A stretch of 64,000 bases of DNA from assembly GCA_965238275.1 (NCBI GenBank), contig OZ250186.1, positions 512,001 through 576,000 on the forward strand, written 5' to 3'. A program made the translations under genes and the position numbers. This DNA comes from Nitrosopumilus sp. Lineage in GTDB: Archaea; Thermoproteota; Nitrososphaeria; Nitrososphaerales; Nitrosopumilaceae. Within the stretch, counting starts at the first letter, position 1, and every line of letters starts with the position of its first letter. This document shows, piece by piece, positions 10,032-20,778 of the stretch. The notes under the pieces were generated by a model that worked only from the letters and a program-made list of their open reading frames with translations, was not told where the DNA came from and ran no database searches.

Positions 10032-11324
10032 ATGAGGGGACATGGAGGGTATGAGAAAGAGGCGCGAGATTTTCTACTTTCCAACAACCTGGCAATCGGG
10101 GATTTTGTAACGGTTCGCTCTGACACGATAACATACCGGGGACTAATTATGATGAGGTACGAACACGGCGATGACAGGCACATAGTCCTGAAACTTGACA
10201 GCGGGTACAACGTGGGGGTGGAGATTTCCAGTATTCAGAGCATCACCAAGAATCCAGAGACGCCAGAACCTGCAGAACCTGTCAGGCCAATCGGCAGGAC
10301 AGAGGGACTGCCAGAGATTCTTATGCTGACCACCGGGGGAACCATTGCAAGCAGGGTCGACTACAGGACCGGTGCCGTGACGCCTATTCTGAGAGCAGAG
10401 GAGATCAACTCATCCATACCGGAGGTGGCACGTATTGCCAACATTGACACGGAGATGCTTTTTTCAGAATACTCTGAGAACGTGGTGCCAGGCGACTGGC
10501 TGAAAATCGCAAAAGCAGTCAGCAAACATGCCGGTTCAGATTATGCAGGAATAATCATAGCGCACGGGACTGACACCATGCACTATACCTCGTCGTTTCT
10601 CTCATTTGCCCTTGCAGGTTTTCCCATTCCCATAGTGCTGGTGGGATCGCAGAGATCGCCGGATCGCGCCTCCTCGGATGCGGCACTGAACCTTATCGGG
10701 GCTGCAAGATTCATCACCGAGTGCAGGACGCCGGGGGTATACATCGCCATGCACCAGGACAGAAGCGACGGAAATACCGCATGCCATGCAGGGACAAGGG
10801 TAAGAAAGAACCACACCAGCAACAGGGGGGCGTTTCAGACCATCGGGGGGGAGCCGGCATTTTTAGTAACTGATTCTGGAATCACAAGGAACCTTTCTGG
10901 AGGCTACTATGACGTGGACGGATTCCGGCCCCAGATACGCCTGGACGAGAAGGTGGCACTGGTAAAATACCATCCAGGGTACGACCCGAAGATGATCGAC
11001 TGGATGATTCGGAATGAATACAGGGGGATAATCTTTGAGGGGACAGGACTGGGACACATCGGAAGGACCATGTACGAGGCGGTGGGCAGGGCAGCAGACA
11101 GGGGGATGTTTCTGGGCATGACGTCGCAGTGCATTGACGGCAGGGTCAGGATGACCGTATATGAAAGTGGCAGGGATCTGCTGAACCTTGGCATCATCCC
11201 CCTGGAGGACATGATTCCGGAGACTGCGCTGGTAAAGGCCATGTGGGCGATGGGAGGAGTACGGAACGGCAATGACATCAGGGAGGTCATGCTCAGTAAA
11301 GTGGCATCGGAGATGACACCATGA
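10032..11324 (+). CDS. gatD: Glutamyl-tRNA(Gln) amidotransferase subunit D
   Basis: KLDSGYNVG N domain; asparaginase motifs TGGTIASRVDY, HGTDTM, GSQRS. Confidence 0.96.
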   Translation: MRGHGGYEKEARDFLLSNNLAIGDFVTVRSDTITYRGLIMMRYEHGDDRHIVLKLDSGYNVGVEISSIQSITKNPETPEPAEPVRPIGRTEGLPEILMLTTGGTIASRVDYRTGAVTPILRAEEINSSIPEVARIANIDTEMLFSEYSENVVPGDWLKIAKAVSKHAGSDYAGIIIAHGTDTMHYTSSFLSFALAGFPIPIVLVGSQRSPDRASSDAALNLIGAARFITECRTPGVYIAMHQDRSDGNTACHAGTRVRKNHTSNRGAFQTIGGEPAFLVTDSGITRNLSGGYYDVDGFRPQIRLDEKVALVKYHPGYDPKMIDWMIRNEYRGIIFEGTGLGHIGRTMYEAVGRAADRGMFLGMTSQCIDGRVRMTVYESGRDLLNLGIIPLEDMIPETALVKAMWAMGGVRNGNDIREVMLSKVASEMTP

Positions 11325-13219
11325 CTGAATTTTCAATCAGCGATGCAGGGGTGAGGGTCGGCCTTGAGATCCACCAGCAGCTTGCAACGGGCAGGAAGCT
11401 GTTCTGCAGCTGTGCGCCGGTGGAGTCAGAGGAGCACCCCATAAGGTTCCGCAGGAGGCTGCGTGCAACCAAAAGCGAGCTGGGCATGTACGACCCTGCC
11501 GCGCTGTTTGAGGGAACAAAGTCAGAGACGATAGAGTATATGGCAAATCCGGAGAGCAGCTGCCTGGTGGAGCAGGACGAGGAACCCCCGCACGAGCTGG
11601 ACTGCGGCGCAAGGCGGATCGCCCTGATGGTGGCTGGCATGCTCAAGTCCAGCGTGTTTGGGGAGATGCACCCCATGAGAAAGACCGTGGTTGACGGTTC
11701 CAACACGACTGGCTTTCAGAGGACCATGCTGGTCTCGCAGGGAGGGTATTACGAGGTAGGCCCAAGGAGGATAGGTATCCAGTCAATCTGCCTGGAAGAG
11801 GACGCGGCCAGAATCCTGGAGGGGGACGGCACCGTAAAGAGGTATGGCCTGGAACGGCTTGGAATACCGCTGGTGGAGATTGCAACCGAACCCTTTGAGG
11901 CAGAGCCCGGACAGACAAGGGAGAACGCCCTGGCGCTGGGAAGAATACTGAGAAGCACCAGACGTGTGAGAAGGGGCCTGGGCTCAATCAGGCAGGATGT
12001 CAATGTATCGGTCAGGGGAGGTAACGCGGTAATAGAGGTAAAGGGCGTGCAGCAGCTGGACCAGCTGGAAGGCGTCGTGGAGTACGAGGCAAAGAGGCAG
12101 CACGGGCTGCTGGGAATCTCAAAGGAGATACGGGACAGGGGATGGTCCCATGGGCCGGGGGATGTATCAGACGTTACGGAACTGCTGAAAGGGTGCGGCT
12201 CAAAGATAATCCGCAGTGCCGTAAAAAAGGGGCACAGAATCCATGCGGTGCTGTTTAGAAGCATGGCCGGCATGTTCGGGTACTCCCCGTACGAGGGCAT
12301 CAGGCTGGGAAGGGCGGTTGCAGAGATGGTGCGATTCTTTGGTATCGGGGGCGTCTTTCATTCAGACGAGCTGCCGGGGTACGGCATTACAGAGTCAGAC
12401 GTGGACGGTGTCAGGGGGTTTCTGAAGGCAGGAAGCGATGATGCGTTTTTGATCCTGGCTGCCCCGGAGGGCATGATTGGGACGGTGACAGGCCACATAG
12501 TCCGGAGGGTCGAAGATGTAAGGGACGGGGGAATTCCTGCAGACACCAGGCTTGCCATGCCGGACGGCACCACCAGGTTTCTGAGGCCAAAGCCGGGGGC
12601 TGCAAGAATGTACCCGGAGACTGACATACCCCCGATAGCAGTCGCGCGGGAGGAGATTGAGGAGGCAAGGGAGAACACGCCCAGGTCATGGGACGAGTCG
12701 GTAAGGGACATCCGAGAGAAACACGGGATCAATCCCCAGCTTGCAGAGCAGATCTATGACTCTGAATACATGGATCTCTTTGAGGGGATAGCAGAAAAAA
12801 CCGGCGCAAGCCCCACGTTTGTGGCATCGGTGCTGTGCTCGGTGATAACCGGCCTGGAGAGAAGCGGTCTGGATTCGGGACTGCTTGACGGCAAGGAGAT
12901 CACAAGGACATTTGAGCTGCTGGGCGAAAAGAAGATCGCAAAAGAGTCAGTGGAGATAATCTTTGAGGACATAATGAGTGGCAGATCCAAGACTGCACAG
13001 GAGGCCATGAGGAACAAGACGATCGGGGCGGTGGACGAGTCGGAACTGGATGGCATCATACGCGGGATACTTGAGGAGAACAAAGACATGATAGGGAGTC
13101 AGAAGGAGAGGGCCATCGGGCCTCTGATGGGGATTGCAATGAAGAAGTTGAGGGGAAATGTGTCAGGCGAGATGGTAAACTCCCTTCTTGCACGCGGGAT
13201 CAAGGAGATGCTGGATTGA
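11321..13219 (+). CDS. gatE: Glutamyl-tRNA(Gln) amidotransferase subunit E
   Basis: VGLEIHQQL..KLFC, DGSNTTGFQRT, IRQDVNVS, RMYPETD; overlaps gatD. Confidence 0.96.
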   Translation: MTEFSISDAGVRVGLEIHQQLATGRKLFCSCAPVESEEHPIRFRRRLRATKSELGMYDPAALFEGTKSETIEYMANPESSCLVEQDEEPPHELDCGARRIALMVAGMLKSSVFGEMHPMRKTVVDGSNTTGFQRTMLVSQGGYYEVGPRRIGIQSICLEEDAARILEGDGTVKRYGLERLGIPLVEIATEPFEAEPGQTRENALALGRILRSTRRVRRGLGSIRQDVNVSVRGGNAVIEVKGVQQLDQLEGVVEYEAKRQHGLLGISKEIRDRGWSHGPGDVSDVTELLKGCGSKIIRSAVKKGHRIHAVLFRSMAGMFGYSPYEGIRLGRAVAEMVRFFGIGGVFHSDELPGYGITESDVDGVRGFLKAGSDDAFLILAAPEGMIGTVTGHIVRRVEDVRDGGIPADTRLAMPDGTTRFLRPKPGAARMYPETDIPPIAVAREEIEEARENTPRSWDESVRDIREKHGINPQLAEQIYDSEYMDLFEGIAEKTGASPTFVASVLCSVITGLERSGLDSGLLDGKEITRTFELLGEKKIAKESVEIIFEDIMSGRSKTAQEAMRNKTIGAVDESELDGIIRGILEENKDMIGSQKERAIGPLMGIAMKKLRGNVSGEMVNSLLARGIKEMLD

Positions 13220-13610
13220 GTCACGGGCGGAAGCAGGTTGTTTTGTGCAGAGGAGGCGCCCAGAATTTTTGTAATCGTCGCCGTGTCCCTTTTGATATGG
13301 GATACGTGGCTTTGAACCGGATTGGGCCTGTCTTCAAACAACATCAGGATTCTGGAGGTTCTCCAAGCATGGTTGGCGCCTGCCGGCGACTGTCACTGCC
13401 ATACCAGGAAACAGAATGTGCCCGGAATGTTGATTCTGCCAAGGAAGTCGCATCGCTTGCAGACACCATATTTTTCAAAGATTGGATCACGGCGCATTGC
13501 GGTTTTTGCAAAAAATGAGCAGATTGCAGACGTCAGCAGTGCATGGCATGGACAAGGCTGCTGCTTTTGGGCTAACCAAATAAATAATAATTTGTCCAAC
13601 GGCATCATGT

Positions 13611-15908
13611 TTGATGGACATGGAGCCACGTGCGGAGATGGGTTTGGTGATCAACGAGTTGCTGGATTGCCGGCGACAGTTGGAGGACGGGCGGATTCGG
13701 GACTATGCAGGCGCCGCAGCAGGCCTCAGGGATCTGCTGGACAGTTTTTTCACAAACTGCGTTGCCCCCGCCGTGGCCGGACACACACGCAGGGACATAC
13801 CTGCCCGGGACACATATCCGGGACGCGGGCTTGACTACATGCGCACACTAGCGCGTGCACTGAGGGATGCAGCCGACAAACCCCAGAAGGATTCTGCCGT
13901 ACGCGGGGGGGAGGACAGGTCACCGTTTGATGATCTTGGGACATTCTATGACAACCCGCAACGCGCAGTTGAACAAAAAGATGTCATGGAAATGTGCGAT
14001 ATGGTGGAGGAGGTTGTTGAGCATACGCTCAGGCCTGACATCGCCATGTCTGCCGGGATGATGCTGTCAAAGGCAGGGTGGTACGCCAGCAACGGTTCCA
14101 CAGAATCCATGTCAAAGTACGCCCAAGAGTCCCTTGAGTACTATGATGAGGCCATAAGGAACGAACCGGCAAACGTTTTGGTGTGCATGTACAGAGCCGC
14201 AGCACTAGATATGCTTGACAGAGCCGGGGAGATCATCTCCATGGTTCAGAAGGCAGAGGAGACAAAACCCGGCGGCCGGGATGTGTACTCCATGAGTCTC
14301 ATTTTGCACATCAAATACGGAGAGGGCGAGGACATTGCAAGACTCCTTGAACACGAGAATGCTGCAAGCCTGAACGAGGAAGAATGCGTGGCAACCGGCG
14401 GCATGCTGATCCAGCGCGGAATCTCTGAAGAAGGGCTTGTCTGCATTAGGAGTTTGATTGGGATGTGTCCGGAGAACCCAGAACTGAGGTTTGTCGGGAT
14501 CTGCATGCTCATGGGCTTGGATCGGTATGACGAGGCTGCCGATCGCCTTGAACATCTAACGGAACTGGATCCGTCGTACGACATAGGTGATACCGGAGCC
14601 ATGATTTCACACAGGCGGGGAAGACACAGTGAGGCACTAGAGATGATAAAGGCGGCAATACAGAAGAGACCAAATGACACGTCTCTGCGGTGTAGCATGG
14701 CCTTCATACTGCACGAATCAGGCAGGTCAGACGAGGCACTTGAATGCGTGAATTATGTCTTAAAGAGGGACGCGGCAAACACGCAGGGACACACTCTAAA
14801 ACTCTACATGCTAAATTCGCTTGACAGACGCGGTGAGAGGGGGGCCGCATGCATGACAGATGCCCCACAGACAGATTCGCACGGTGCCAGAAAAGACATG
14901 GGCATCACAACAGGCCCTGAGGGGGAAGATGTCAGCAAGCCGGTTACAGAGATCCTAGGCATGCGCCAGGACAGCATGAACCTGTCCACGGATACAGGCC
15001 ACAGGGGGATCGGCAAAGGCTTGGACGAGATGATGAGACAACTTGATGAGGATGTACAAAGGAACCCGGATGCCGGCGCACCGCGCTATGCAAAGGGACT
15101 GGCACTGTTCATTGACAAAAGGTACGAGGAGGCCCTTCCATGCATTGCACGCGCAGTCGATCTCGAACCCGGAAACTACGACTACTCCGTCCTAAGGGGA
15201 CAGGTATTGGATTGCCTTGGGATGTACGAGGAGGCCATTGGATGCTTTAACAGGGCGATCAAGGTTGGACCCACGAACCTTCTGGCATACCATTACAAGG
15301 GCGAGGTGCTGATGGATCTCAAAAGATATGACGCGGCTGCCAAGTGCTTTGGTGCCGAGGTAAGGATCGATCCCAATGATGTCGATGCCCTCACCTGCCT
15401 GTGTCATGCCCTGCGCTACACCAAAAAATACAAAGACGCGCTCCGCTACGTCAGGATGGCAACCAGCCTGGACCAGCAAAACGCCGACCTGCACTGCATG
15501 CACGGGGATATCTTGCATTCTATGGGCAAGGACCGAAAGGCACTTGCATGCTACCAGAGGGCAGTTGATCTTGAACCCGATAATGCCGACATGCACTGCG
15601 CATTGGGCCAGATGCAAGAACGCCTTGGCAGAATCAACGACGCGTTAGAGTCCATCAATGCCGCCATCAGGCTGCAGCCGGACGACAGCAATTTGTGCAT
15701 CATCAGGGCATCACTGCTTAGCAGCCTAGGCCTGCACGAGGAGGCCCTTGCAGACATACGGGGAGCCGAGGAGATGAATGACTTGTACCCAGGATACTTG
15801 GCCACAAAGGGTGGCATACTTGAAAGTCTTGGCAGGTATGACGAGGCAGACAAATGCTTCGCAGAGTTGGACAGGATCTACCCAAACGGATTGCCAAGAC
15901 CCGAGTAG
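13611..15908 (+). CDS. Large tetratricopeptide-repeat protein
   Basis: Many 34-aa TPR units (e.g. KGLALFIDKRYEEALPCIARAVDLEP); non-TPR N-terminus and central linker. Confidence 0.88.
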   Translation: MMDMEPRAEMGLVINELLDCRRQLEDGRIRDYAGAAAGLRDLLDSFFTNCVAPAVAGHTRRDIPARDTYPGRGLDYMRTLARALRDAADKPQKDSAVRGGEDRSPFDDLGTFYDNPQRAVEQKDVMEMCDMVEEVVEHTLRPDIAMSAGMMLSKAGWYASNGSTESMSKYAQESLEYYDEAIRNEPANVLVCMYRAAALDMLDRAGEIISMVQKAEETKPGGRDVYSMSLILHIKYGEGEDIARLLEHENAASLNEEECVATGGMLIQRGISEEGLVCIRSLIGMCPENPELRFVGICMLMGLDRYDEAADRLEHLTELDPSYDIGDTGAMISHRRGRHSEALEMIKAAIQKRPNDTSLRCSMAFILHESGRSDEALECVNYVLKRDAANTQGHTLKLYMLNSLDRRGERGAACMTDAPQTDSHGARKDMGITTGPEGEDVSKPVTEILGMRQDSMNLSTDTGHRGIGKGLDEMMRQLDEDVQRNPDAGAPRYAKGLALFIDKRYEEALPCIARAVDLEPGNYDYSVLRGQVLDCLGMYEEAIGCFNRAIKVGPTNLLAYHYKGEVLMDLKRYDAAAKCFGAEVRIDPNDVDALTCLCHALRYTKKYKDALRYVRMATSLDQQNADLHCMHGDILHSMGKDRKALACYQRAVDLEPDNADMHCALGQMQERLGRINDALESINAAIRLQPDDSNLCIIRASLLSSLGLHEEALADIRGAEEMNDLYPGYLATKGGILESLGRYDEADKCFAELDRIYPNGLPRPE

Positions 15909-16343
15909 TATTGCTGCTGCCCTGTTGTCTGCAGGATGTGTGGCCGGGGCAGGCCCGTTTAGAGACCACATCATAGAACGCGGCGGCAGTTTTCCGACAG
16001 GCAGTTTGGGACACCGATCATCAACACCCGTTGACAGCATATACTGCCTTGCAGGCATACGCAAAAGGGAACAGAAAAAGTCACGGATGCCTGCGGTACG
16101 GTTGAAGAGGAATCCGCGGGCATGGAACTGACAAACCCTAGGCCGTTCCCGGATAGGCGGCAATCTTGAACGGTTCTGCATGAGCCCAGGGCAGGAGGCA
16201 TTCCATTATGAAAACCTTCCAGAATACTGCAATGAGAAACAATTACACTTTTCACCGGACATGCCCAAATACTCTTGCAGGGGGACCGCAGAAGCACAAG
16301 ACAGAATAGGGATTGGACGACAGGGCGTTTGTTGAAGTATCAT

Positions 16344-16808
16344 GAATGGGTGGATATGGGAGGACGGCTAGCCATGGAACAAAAATATTACAAGGCACTA
16401 AAGTGCTTTGACAAAGCCATAAGGATGACGCCTGGCATGCATCTGGCACACTATGGCAAGGGTATGGCATTACAGGAACAAGGCAAGCACCGCAGGGCCA
16501 TAGAGTGCTTTGAGATGGCCATACAACGCGACAAGTCAGGCGATTATTTTCCGCACTTTAGCAAGGGCATGTCACTGGGCAGTCTTGGCGAGCATGAAAA
16601 GGCGGTGGAGTGCTTTGATGCGGCCATACGGCTTGAGCCCGTAAACGACATGGCGTACTATGGCAAGGGCGTTGCGCTGTATTATATGGGAAGATACCGT
16701 GATGCGGTGGAGTGTTTTGACAAGTCCCTGAGCATAAACCCCGGCGACGGCAATGCAGCCCACTACAGGACAGAATCATTGCGGGCCCTGAAGACGGGAC
16801 GAGTATGA
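16344..16808 (+). CDS. TPR protein
   Basis: About four TPR units (KALKCFDKAIRMTP, AVECFDAAIRLEP); start uncertain (16275-16356). Confidence 0.8.
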   Translation, partial: EWVDMGGRLAMEQKYYKALKCFDKAIRMTPGMHLAHYGKGMALQEQGKHRRAIECFEMAIQRDKSGDYFPHFSKGMSLGSLGEHEKAVECFDAAIRLEPVNDMAYYGKGVALYYMGRYRDAVECFDKSLSINPGDGNAAHYRTESLRALKTGRV

Positions 16809-17144
16809 TCATGGTGCCATTTCAGGAACCATCTCAGCGAGCCTCTCGGTAATATTCTGGATCTCCTCCATGTTCTGGGCGATCACCTCCTCAAGCACCG
16901 CAATCTCCCGGCCTGTCTGGGACGTCTCGTTGAGTCCGGGGTCTGCGGCCTTGATCTCGTCAAGCGCCTCGCGGTTGGACTCGTTGACCTTGATCAGATC
17001 GTCCCTGTATTTTTCCAGCCTCTCAAACGCAGAGACCTCCTCGGCGGGCGCCTCTGCAACTTCAGGCTCCGTCAGGAACCCAAGAGTGATTACTGCTCCC
17101 CCTACTGCAAGAGCCGCGACCAGGATTATGATGGGTAGTCTCAT
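16809..17144 (-). CDS. Membrane-anchored coiled-coil hypothetical protein
   Basis: N-terminal hydrophobic helix, acidic helical body; last gene of ABC operon. Confidence 0.75.
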   Translation of the reverse strand: MRLPIIILVAALAVGGAVITLGFLTEPEVAEAPAEEVSAFERLEKYRDDLIKVNESNREALDEIKAADPGLNETSQTGREIAVLEEVIAQNMEEIQNITERLAEMVPEMAP

Positions 17145-17158
17145 GTCCGAACTCAGAA

Positions 17159-18808
17159 CTACTGTGATATCTTCTTTTTGCGTCTTCTTGCAAGAAATAT
17201 CCCCACGCCGGCTGCCGCTGCAACCGGTATTATTATCAGGGCCATGTCAGGGAATGCCTGTTCCTCCTCTACGGCGGGTTCTGAAATGAATACTACGGCA
17301 TCATGGGATACGACTGTCTCGTTGCGGATGCTGTCCTTGTATCTTACATGGACGGTGATCTCGTGCTCGCCGTACTGGGGAGGCCCGTCAAACTCGATCG
17401 GGGTGTTAAAGGGCACCGGAGAGTCAGTCTCTATCTCGTCGATGAACTGCTCGACTGGCATGAGGTTGGAGCCGCCCCGCGGCTCGACTGAGATGAACCC
17501 GAAGAGTCCGTCCTCGTTTCCCTCGTTGATGATCTCCCCCACTATCAGCTGCTGGCCGGCAGACAGATCCACCACATGCACGTTAAACACGTTGAGGTCC
17601 ACAAACCCCTTGACGTAAAAGTCCACCACCCGGGATATCTGCTGGGGATCGCCGTACGAGTTGTAGTAGGATATGGACAATGGAATCTTCAGCGTCTGGT
17701 CCCTGATGGACTCGGGCACGTATACGGTCAGGTCGATACTCTCAGAGGAGCCCGGCTCTATCTGGCCCACGTTCCAGTTGGATTCGGGGATCACCACGTT
17801 TTCCAGGTTGTTCTGGAATTCCATGGAGCCGGACCTTGCAGGTATGTCAGTGGTAATGTCCACGCCGGAGATTGGGTCGGTCCCGTCGTTGGTAATCTGG
17901 ATGGAGACATCGTTTGTCTTCAGGGATGTCAGGAACGGCTGCTCTGCCCTTGCGTTGATCACGTTGTCGCCGGTCTGGTCAACAAACCCCTTGACAAAAA
18001 AGTCTACTGCCCTTGATATCTGCTGGGGATCGCCGTACGAGTTGTAGTAGGATATGGACAATGGAATCTTCAGCGTCTGGCCCTTGAGGGATTCGGGCAC
18101 GTATACGGTCAGGTCGATACTCTCAGAGGAGCCCGGCTCTATCTGGCCTACGTTCCAGTTTGAGACGGGGATCACGACGTTTTCTAAGTTGGTCTGGGAG
18201 GCGAGCGCGTCGGTGCTGATATCCACGCCTGAGATCTGGGCGGTCCCGTCGTTGGTAATATGGATGGAGACTTCGTTTGTTCTCAGCGGCGTGAGAAACG
18301 GCTGCTCTGCCTGTGCGTTGATCACGCTGCCGCCGGTTATCCTAAAATCAAATTGCTCATGCACCACTCGGGTGCCAGACTCCCTCAGCCGGGAATAGTC
18401 CACCTCTATGCTTGCAGGATACTGCCGTATCTGCAAGTTCTTGTCAAGGTTTACAGAGAAGGTGAGGTAGAAGATCTCCCCTGCCAGCGGGTTGGAGATG
18501 CTGTCTGCCCGGATGACTGAGCCTGGGCCGGACCCGGAAAAGCCGATTGGCAGCATCAGCTGGCCCTGGATCCCGGTGATGTCATGCGTGCCCACGTTGG
18601 CAAGAACCACGGTAAGCGGCACGTTGCTGTCGCCCGGCTCGACTTCTATCTTTTGATCCTCCGTGCCAAAGTACGCATCCAGAAACTTGACGTCCCCGTA
18701 CTCCCTCTCAAAGGGCGATTCCCCGACAGGGATTGACTGGGCGTACGAGTAGCCAAATATGGACGGTACCGCAAGGGCTGCAATCAGCAAAGGAAGATAC
18801 CTCATCAT
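17159..18808 (-). CDS. COG1361/S-layer-like Ig-domain protein with internal domain duplication
   Basis: Signal peptide, repeated I.NDGT..ISGV/IEPGSSESIDLTVY domains, C-terminal TM plus basic tail. Confidence 0.85.
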   Translation of the reverse strand: MMRYLPLLIAALAVPSIFGYSYAQSIPVGESPFEREYGDVKFLDAYFGTEDQKIEVEPGDSNVPLTVVLANVGTHDITGIQGQLMLPIGFSGSGPGSVIRADSISNPLAGEIFYLTFSVNLDKNLQIRQYPASIEVDYSRLRESGTRVVHEQFDFRITGGSVINAQAEQPFLTPLRTNEVSIHITNDGTAQISGVDISTDALASQTNLENVVIPVSNWNVGQIEPGSSESIDLTVYVPESLKGQTLKIPLSISYYNSYGDPQQISRAVDFFVKGFVDQTGDNVINARAEQPFLTSLKTNDVSIQITNDGTDPISGVDITTDIPARSGSMEFQNNLENVVIPESNWNVGQIEPGSSESIDLTVYVPESIRDQTLKIPLSISYYNSYGDPQQISRVVDFYVKGFVDLNVFNVHVVDLSAGQQLIVGEIINEGNEDGLFGFISVEPRGGSNLMPVEQFIDEIETDSPVPFNTPIEFDGPPQYGEHEITVHVRYKDSIRNETVVSHDAVVFISEPAVEEEQAFPDMALIIIPVAAAAGVGIFLARRRKKKISQ

Positions 18809-19509
18809 GCCCGAATCGCCATCATCCTTGTATCCTCAATAACGGCCCTGCCGTCCTTTATCGAGATGACCTTGTCGACATCCCCAAAGTGCTCGCGGTC
18901 GTGTGTAACCACGATGAATGTCTGGTTGAGTTTTCTGGCCATCGACTTCATCAGCTGGACGACCGTATCAGAGGTGACTGAATCCAGGTTCCCTGTGGGC
19001 TCGTCTGCAAGCACCAGCGCAGGCTTGTTTACCATCCCCCGGGCAATGGCTGCCCTCTGGGCCTGCCCGCCGGATATCTTGTTTGCGCGCTTGTTCATCT
19101 GGCTCTCCATGCCGACTGCCTTGAGCAGGTTGATGGCATCAGTCATGGCGGTTCCGTAGTCGTCTCCGCCTATCTCCCGGGGAAGCATGACGTTTTCCAG
19201 TACGGTAAGATCTGTAAGCAGGTTGGAGGACTGGAATATGAATCCGAGTTTTTTATTCCTGAACGAGGAGATCTGGCCCTCGTCAAGTGCGGTGGTGCCT
19301 GTGTCATCTATAACGACCTCCCCGCGCGTGGGACGGTCAAGCAGGCCTATCATGTTGAGGAGCGTGGACTTGCCGGATCCGGAGCTGCCCACCACCAAGA
19401 CAAACTCTCCCCTCCCTATTGAAAACGAGACATCGTCGAGTGCCTTGACGCGGTTTTCCCCGTCCCCGTATATCTTGCTCACGCCGCGCACCTCCAGTAT
19501 CTTAGACAT
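18805..19509 (-). CDS. ABC transporter ATP-binding protein (LolD/MacB-like)
   Basis: GSSGSGKST, ISGGQAQR, LADEPTGNLD, VTHD. Confidence 0.95.
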   Translation of the reverse strand: MSKILEVRGVSKIYGDGENRVKALDDVSFSIGRGEFVLVVGSSGSGKSTLLNMIGLLDRPTRGEVVIDDTGTTALDEGQISSFRNKKLGFIFQSSNLLTDLTVLENVMLPREIGGDDYGTAMTDAINLLKAVGMESQMNKRANKISGGQAQRAAIARGMVNKPALVLADEPTGNLDSVTSDTVVQLMKSMARKLNQTFIVVTHDREHFGDVDKVISIKDGRAVIEDTRMMAIRA

Positions 19510-20686
19510 TCCTCATGGCCTCCACGGGCAGCATCTTGGTTGCCCGGTACGACGGGTACAGTGACGCAATTATTGCAAGCGCAAAGGATGTCAGTGCCGT
19601 CTGCCCGATCTTGATCCAGTCGTAGCTGACCTCCAGCGGCAGGCTGTTGTTGAATGTAAGCTTTGTCTCCTTTGCATAGACTGTGTATGTCAGTCCCGCA
19701 GCAGTCCCGGCACCTGCCCCGATGGCCCCGATTATCATACCCTGCAGTATGAAGATTACCAGTATGTCCTTTCTTCGGGCCCCGAGGGATCGCATGACGC
19801 CGATCTCCCTTGTCTTCCCGTTTACCAGCATCATCTGGATGGTAACAATGGCAAAGGCAGATGACATCATTCCAAAGTATCCTATCATGTTTATCATGGC
19901 GATTCCTGACCTGAACCCAGCAAGCTGCTGCTCGGCTGACTCTTCTATGGTCTGGGCTACAAAGTCGCTGTTGGGAAACGAGGTAAGGAAGAGCTCCTTG
20001 ACCTGGCTTGCCTTTGTAGGATCGTTTAGTTTTACCATGAACGAGTCAGAGTTCCCGTCCCGGTCCAGCATGTCCCTGAGGGTGTCAATATGGAGCACGG
20101 CTGCATAGTCAAACCCCTGGCCGCCCGGCGATGCTGCGATCCCGCTTACTGTGAATCGTCTGACCTGCTCCTGCCCCCACCGGTCCACCACCATGACCTT
20201 GATGCTGTCACCCACTATGGCGCCGCCAAGATCCCGTGCTACGGTGGTGCCCAGAACGATGGAGTTTCTTGCAAAGACATAGGTTCCCTCGTTTACCGTC
20301 GTGTGAATGGTCGAGGCACGTATGTCGTTGAAGGGATCAACGCCGATGAGCGGGATGCGCGATTCCTGCACAAGTATTCCGTTCTTGGTCATGTTTATCT
20401 CCCCGGACGATGAAAGCCGGGGCGTTGCAGCATGGACGTACGGGATCCTCTCAAACCAAGATATGAGCGTCCTGTCTGACGTGTCGATATAGTTTCCCTC
20501 GTCTGTGACAAGGATGTCTCCGTTGCGATAGTCGGTGATGTCCCTGACGATTGCATCAAAGAGCCCCTGAAATATTACAAAGTTTACGTGAATGACCAGT
20601 ATTCCTATGGTGACTGCAAGTACTGCGCCCATCAGGCTTCCCTTCTTGTTGAAGAGCATCCGTTTTGCCAGTCGAAATTTGTACAC
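19502..20686 (-). CDS. ABC transporter permease (FtsX/LolC-E-like)
   Basis: TM1 plus large extracellular loop plus three TMs; REIGVMRSLGA; YPSYRATKMLPVEAMR. Confidence 0.92.
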   Translation of the reverse strand: MYKFRLAKRMLFNKKGSLMGAVLAVTIGILVIHVNFVIFQGLFDAIVRDITDYRNGDILVTDEGNYIDTSDRTLISWFERIPYVHAATPRLSSSGEINMTKNGILVQESRIPLIGVDPFNDIRASTIHTTVNEGTYVFARNSIVLGTTVARDLGGAIVGDSIKVMVVDRWGQEQVRRFTVSGIAASPGGQGFDYAAVLHIDTLRDMLDRDGNSDSFMVKLNDPTKASQVKELFLTSFPNSDFVAQTIEESAEQQLAGFRSGIAMINMIGYFGMMSSAFAIVTIQMMLVNGKTREIGVMRSLGARRKDILVIFILQGMIIGAIGAGAGTAAGLTYTVYAKETKLTFNNSLPLEVSYDWIKIGQTALTSFALAIIASLYPSYRATKMLPVEAMRNV

Positions 20687-20778
20687 GTAGTTAATTAAAG
20701 AGTCGGATATTTAATATCTTGTATAGCAAATATTCACATTACAGACAATTTTATATCAAGCGGGCTATTCATGTTGGT

